Below, piece after piece: positions 22,123 through 27,350 of a stretch of DNA of 27,350 nucleotides (the stretch's first letter is position 1; every line of letters starts with the position of its first letter). The notes beneath the pieces were generated by a model that searched no databases, was not told the DNA's origin, and was given only the letters and a program-made list of their open reading frames with translations. The position numbers and the translations under genes are program-made. Origin of the DNA: Octopus sinensis (taxonomy: Eukaryota); the NCBI RefSeq assembly GCF_006345805.1, contig NW_021836496.1, positions 1 to 27,350 of the forward strand, in the 5' to 3' direction.

Positions 22123-22687
22123 AATGGGAGCAACAACAGTTCCAAATAGATTTGTTTTTGAAGCGAACAATTAGGATTTTCAGAAAGCCGCATAAGAAAG
22201 CATTAGAGAAAAATAAAGGTAAAGAAAAACACCCCCCCCCCCTCAAAATGACCATCCATCCATCCTCCCATCCATCCCATTCACCCGAAAACAATGTAAA
22301 AACAAAGCAAAACAAACGAATAACATGACAAAAAAAACAACAAAAAACAACCAAACAAAACGGAAGGGGATTGGAAGCAGCGCTTAACGAGAGAGAGAAA
22401 CTTTGAGACATCGCCATTTTGAATTCTGGAATGTTTTTTTTTTTTTTTTGAAATGTAAAAGAAAAAAAACAACAAAAACAAAAACCAGAGAAATACAGGT
22501 CTAGGAACAAAAGATCTTCTTATCAGACCGCTGTCATCAGAATATGCTGGGATGTTTAGTGTCCAGTTGTCCGTGGGGGGTGGGTGGGGGATTGGGGGAT
22601 GAGAGTGGTGTTGGGCTTGGGGTTGGGGCGGGGGCTGGTGGGGGTGTCGAGGATTTTTGTGAGAGTGGACCACCGGCAAAAGACCAT

Positions 22688-22831
22688 TACTACTACTACT
22701 ACTACTACTACTATACTACTACTACTACTACTACTACTACAACAACAACAACAATAACAACTACTATTACTACTACTACTACTATTACTACTGTTGCTAT
22801 TTCTGCTGTAGCTGTTGCTGCTGTTGCTGCT

Positions 22832-22873
<42 letters not shown>

Positions 22874-22886
22874 CCACCACCACCAA

Positions 22887-22923
<37 letters not shown>

Positions 22924-22991
22924 GCCACCACCAACACCACTACTACTACTACCGCTGCCGCCGCCTCCACCAGCACCAGCACCAGCACCAG

Positions 22992-23033
<42 letters not shown>

Positions 23034-23117
23034 GGCTGGTGCTGCTGCTACAACAACTACTACTACTATTACTACTACCCCTGCTGCTACTACTGGTGTT
23101 GCTGCTGGTGTTGTTGC
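22688..23117. repeat. Compound trinucleotide array (CTA/CCA/CTG)
   Basis: Direct reading. Confidence 0.93.
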
Positions 23118-23655
23118 TTCAAAGCTCTCTTATAACGACCGTGTATGACACATCCTTTTGAAGAGCAGAAAGACTTCCTCCGATTGCAGGCTGTGGTACC
23201 GCTGTACAACGTCTGTCCTTGGTCATTATTAGCCCAAGGACACCTTCCGAAGAGTTCCTTTGTAGAACGTTTTATGTCTCATGCACGTAAACCTATTTCA
23301 TGATGCGCTGAGAGGTTTGGATATTCTTATCGAAGGCTTAATTCAAAGGCTTTTTATTCTATTAAAAAAATATGCTAACTGCTAATGTACATTCCCGGAC
23401 ATGTATTTACTCATTCTCTCTTCACAAGCCCGATAAAGAATATAAATAAGTAAATGAGTGGAAATCGAACCGGTGAGTGTGTTAAGTAATAAGGCACTAA
23501 AAGAGAACGACTCTCCCCAGATACAATAAATCAAACTTAACACTTTACAATGCACTATAAAGCATTATAAATGTTTACCGCTAGTGCACAACTTCTAGTA
23601 CATGGTGCACAACTCCAAATATGTTTCTACCTTATTGTACCTCTTCAGTGAAGTA

Positions 23656-23907
23656 TTGGGTTGGTGCATAATTATTGCGGTTTTTTTCCAACAAATTTCA
23701 TTTAATAAAAACAATAACAACACGTAATAAAAACATCTTTAAATGATTATTCCGGGGCATATTCACCATCTATTTCAATTACTGCTTCCCATTTGCCAGG
23801 CAAACGGTCAGACTGTCATTTAAAGATGTTTTTGTTAAATATTGTTATTGTTTTGTTGAATAAAATCTGTTTAAAAAAAAAGCCGCAATACTTATGCACC
23901 AATCCAA
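23656..23907. mobile_element. Mariner-derived MITE, 252 bp, TA duplication
   Basis: TIRs ttgggttggtgcataattattgcgg and ccgcaatacttatgcaccaatccaa; 23747-23809 (minus) encodes DRLPGKWEAVIEIDGEYAPE*, a mariner C-terminus. Confidence 0.92.
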
Positions 23908-23908
23908 T

Positions 23909-23951
23909 ACTTCGCTGAAGAGGTACAATAAGGTAGAAACATATTTGGAGT
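23909..23951 (+). ncRNA. Degenerate minimal type I hammerhead ribozyme motif; mirror copy at 23612-23654 on minus
   Basis: acttcg-CTGAAGA-ggtacaataaggta-GAAA-catatt-tggagt. Stem I pairs over 6 bp; core spacing is correct. Defects: stem II lacks its closing CC, and stem III has a C-A mismatch. Confidence 0.55.
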
Positions 23952-24343
23952 TGTGCACCATGTACTAGAAGTTGTGCACTAGCGGTAAACATTTATAATG
24001 CTTTATAGTGCATTGTAGAGTGTTAAGTTTGATTCATTGTGTCTGGGGAGAGTCGTTCTCTTTTAGTGCCTTAATACTTAACACACGCACCGGTTCGATT
24101 TCCACTCATTAACTTATTTATTTTTTCTAAAATTTTCGTGGCGTCTTGCAATCTCCTCAATAGTCGTTGACTCTGTCCGTTATCGGGTGCTAAAGGGGAA
24201 TGACTCTCTCCAGACACACTAAAATATGCTTCAACACACGAATTCACATAAAGAATCTTGCAAACCAAATACAAAAAGTTTGAATTAGTTAATTGGAAAT
24301 GTAGAAGTTACGAGTTAGTCTCCAGACATAGGATTTCCGGTAG

Positions 24344-24915
24344 TGCTCCAGTCCAGTCAGCTGGCAAAAATGAGTAGTGTAGAAGCACTCCGTCGGTTAC
24401 GACGATGAAGGTTCCGGTTGATCCGATCAACGGAACGGCCTGCTCGTGAAATTAACGTATAAGTGGCTGAGCACTCCACAGACACGTGTACCCTAAACGT
24501 AGTTCTCGGGGATATTCAGCGTGACACAGAGAGTGACAAGGCCGGCCCTTTGAAATAAAGGTACAACAGAAACAGGAAGTAAGAGAAGGAGTACAGCAGG
24601 GATCACCACCATCCCTGCCGGAGCCTCGTGGAGCTTTTAGGTGTTTTCGCTCAATAAACACTCACAACGCCTGGTCTGGGAATCGAAACCGCGATCCTAC
24701 GACCGCGAGTCCGCTGCCCTAACCACTGAGCCATTGCGCCTCCACTAAAAATGAGTAGTATCTGTATTTTAAAAGGCCAGTCTTGTCACATTCTGTGTCA
24801 CGCTGAATCTTTCTGAGAACTACGTTAAGAGTATGCTGGTCTGTGGAGTGCTCAGCCGCTTGCGGTTTAATTTTATGTACAGGCTGATCGGATCAAATGG
24901 AATACTCAACGTCGT
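24344..24915 (+). mobile_element. Old SINE-B split by a SINE-A insertion
   Basis: gctccagtccagtcagctggcaaaaatgagtagt on the left; the B body resumes at 24760. Confidence 0.85.
24379..24746 (-). mobile_element. Full-length SINE-A with 13-bp TSD
   Basis: aaaaatgagtagt at 24366-24378 and 24747-24759. Confidence 0.95.
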
Positions 24916-24960
24916 AACAGACAGGGTGGGAGTGAGAATGCGTGCGCGCATACATACACA

Positions 24961-25070
<110 letters not shown>

Positions 25071-25098
25071 TATACTTTTCTTAATATTACTCTCGTGG

Positions 25099-25501
25099 AA
25101 GGCGGCGAGCTGGCAGAAACGTTAGCACGCCGGGCGAAATGCTGAGTGGTATTTCGTCTGCCGTTACGTTGTGAGTTCAAATTCCGCCGAGGTCGATTTT
25201 GCCTTTCATCCTTTCGGGGTCGATAAATTAAGTACCAGTTACGCACTGAGGTCGATGTAATCGACTTAATACCTATGTCTGTCCTTGTTTGTCCCCTCTG
25301 TGTTTAGCCCTTGTGGGCAATAAAGAAATAGAACTAGGTATTTCGTCTGCCGGTATGTTCTGAGTTCAGATTCCGCCGAGGTCGACTTTGCCTTTCATCC
25401 TTTCGGAGTCGACAAATTAAGTACCAGTTGCGTACTGGGGTCGATCTAGTCAACTGGCCCTCTCCCGCAAAATTTCGGGCTTTGTGCCTAGAATAGAAAA
25501 G
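25099..25501 (+). mobile_element. SINE-C heterodimer (head, C1 unit, C2 unit) with 16-bp TSD
   Basis: aatattactctcgtgg (25083-25098) and aatatcactctcgtgg (25502-25517); junction gaaatagaacta|ggtatttc near 25325-25345. Confidence 0.95.
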
Positions 25502-25594
25502 AATATCACTCTCGTGGTCTTTAATCATAGATCCGCTGAATGTTGCAGAACAACTTCACTTTTCTTTTTTATCTATTTATCTATCTTTCTAATA

Positions 25595-25778
25595 ATAATA
25601 ATAAAAGGGTAAAATTAATTAATTTATTAATAATTAATAATTTTACCAAGTAGTTCAGTATGTTAAAAAACCCTTTAGGTTATCATAATACAAATATTCT
25701 ATAATTATAAGCAAAATTATAATCAGGGGTCAGCTAATTGCTTCACCACGCACCGAATTTAGAAACAGCAGTTAAAAC
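25595..25778 (-). repeat. Family-H copy without foldback
   Basis: Reverse complement aligns with 18030-18192 and 18326-18415. Confidence 0.75.
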
Positions 25779-25784
25779 TATCTG

Positions 25785-25816
<32 letters not shown>

Positions 25817-25892
25817 AATCATATAACAATATTGACCATGGTTACCGGGGTCTTTTTCGTAGGCTTTTCTTCCCACGGATAAACCTTACTTG

Positions 25893-26191
25893 CTTTCCCC
25901 TTTACACTATACATCATGACACTGTGATACACGATCCCTATTGATCGTTTTTTTTCCTCTCCCACCTTTTCTTCGTCTTTTTTCCCTTTTTTCTTTTTTT
26001 TTCTTTTCCTTTTTTTTCTTTTTTTTCCTTCCCTTTTTTCTTTTTTTTCTTTCTTTTTGTTCTTTTTTCCCTTTTACGATCCTTTTTGATCGAAAACCTA
26101 CGCCACCGTTTTTTTTTCTCCCCCAAAAGAAAAGCTCTACTTGTAACTTGTCCCATCTGTGTGCAGCCTGTGTGGCCAACCAATAAGAAAA
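25893..26191 (+). mobile_element. Repeat F copy 2 with expanded internal pyrimidine tract and (CTAT)n tail
   Basis: Same anchors as 12572-12760. Confidence 0.75.
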
Positions 26192-26224
26192 CTCTATCTA
26201 TCTATCTATCTATCTATATTATCT

Positions 26225-26268
<44 letters not shown>

Positions 26269-26784
26269 ATTTTACTCTCCCACCTCTCTCTCATATAGAT
26301 ACACACTCTCATTCTACCTTTACTTTTAGCGCCCACTGTAACTCACTCTATCTCACTTTCTATTTGTCCATCTCCCACTTAACATCTCTTTCTAAGCTGC
26401 TTCAGTTACATCTCAAGGTGAGAACTGTGATGTCTTAAAGATCATATTTAAGATGACACATTTTTATAGCCTTTCGTCTTATTTATATCTCTGCGGTATC
26501 TCTACTATAATGGTCTGACTGATTCCATTTATTGTTGTTATACGGAATCTTTTCTTACATCTTGTTTTTTATTTATTTACTTGTCTATTTATTTTACAAT
26601 TTCGTTATCTTTAGTAACCCTTGGAAAGCCATAACTCCTAGATCACACAGAGAGGGTGGGAGGAAGACAGGAAGAGAGAAAGAAGTGAAGAGTGGGAGGT
26701 AAAAGCTAATTTTGTCTGACAAGAAGCAGTTTCTGTTAAGGCACGGCTTTTGAGACAGATCAAACACTAATATACGATATTTCA

Positions 26785-27350
26785 GGGGTAGGTGTAAGTC
26801 GATTACACCGAACCCAGTTTCCAACTAGCACTTATTTATCGATCCCAACAGGATAGAAGGCAAAGTCGACCTCGGCGGAATTTAAACTCAGAACGTAAAG
26901 ACAGACGAAATACTTATTTCTTTACTACCCACAAGGGGCTAAACACAGAGGGGACAAACAAGGACAGACAAACGGATTAAGTCAATTATAATGACCCCAG
27001 TGCGTAATTGGTACTTAATTTATCGACCCCGAAAGGATGAAAGGCAAAATCGATCTCGGCGGAATTTGAACTCAGAATGTAACGGCAGACGGAATACTTA
27101 TTTCTTTACTACCCACAAGGGGCTAAACACAGAGGGGATAAACAAGGACAGACAAACTGATTAAGTCGATTATATCGACCCCAGTGCGTAACTGGTACTT
27201 ATTTAATCGACCCCGAAAGGATGAAAGGCAAAATCGATCTCGGCGGAATTTGAACTCAGAATGTAACGGCAGACGAAATACCAATTTCTTTACTACCCAC
27301 AAGGGGCTAAACACAGAGAGGGCAAACAAGAGGGCAAACAAGGACAGAAA
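26785..27350 (-). mobile_element. SINE-C tandem array, 184-bp period, at least four units, running off the window
   Basis: Junction gaaatac ends at 26913, 27097 and 27281; leftmost unit is diverged with a different tail, the others are C1. Confidence 0.95.

Larger units (their letters stand above)
23443..24120. repeat. Foldback palindrome 3: 213-bp arms (23443-23655, 23908-24120) around a mariner MITE
   Basis: About eight differences between arms; removing the MITE leaves ...cttcagtgaag-TA-cttcgctgaag..., a palindrome with no loop. Confidence 0.96.

Noticed and set aside
23144-23305. ~53-codon ORF MTHPFEEQKDFLRLQ...
   Set aside because: Short, no recognisable homology, no convincing splice signals.
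26900-27290. SINE-C units as retrozyme (hammerhead) repeats
   Set aside because: No CTGANGA core on either strand of the unit.
26785-27350. Regular repeat array as CRISPR
   Set aside because: Whole 184-bp units repeat with no unique spacers, units carry Pol III B-boxes, and there are no cas genes.

Overview
Repeat-saturated, AT-rich, essentially non-coding eukaryotic DNA. The repeat families and microsatellite load look like a coleoid cephalopod, probably Octopus (inference from recalled sequence style, not a database match). There is no intact protein-coding gene, rRNA, true tRNA or CRISPR array. The only recognisable coding sequence is dead transposon DNA: a 5'-truncated CR1-type LINE reverse transcriptase (18471-19490, minus) and three mariner remnants (1-147, 10600-11165, 23656-23907). 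Most of the rest is four tRNA-derived SINE families (my labels A-D), unclassified dispersed repeats (E, F, H), a Helitron-like element, a hAT-like MITE and microsatellites. Nearly all other ORFs in the supplied track are microsatellite or SINE read-through. Best leads: (1) three unrelated foldback palindromes with ~190-215 bp arms, two with clear hammerhead-ribozyme core remnants at the apex, suggesting non-autonomous Penelope/retrozyme-like elements; (2) SINE-C builds 183-184 bp head-to-tail arrays through one recurrent internal GGT junction, consistent with insertion into its own copies; (3) two copies of repeat E with twin-priming-like terminal inversions; (4) a 3' tail shared by SINE-D and the CR1 LINE in the same window. 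Three weak candidate plus-strand exons are flagged. All alignments and folds were done by eye.
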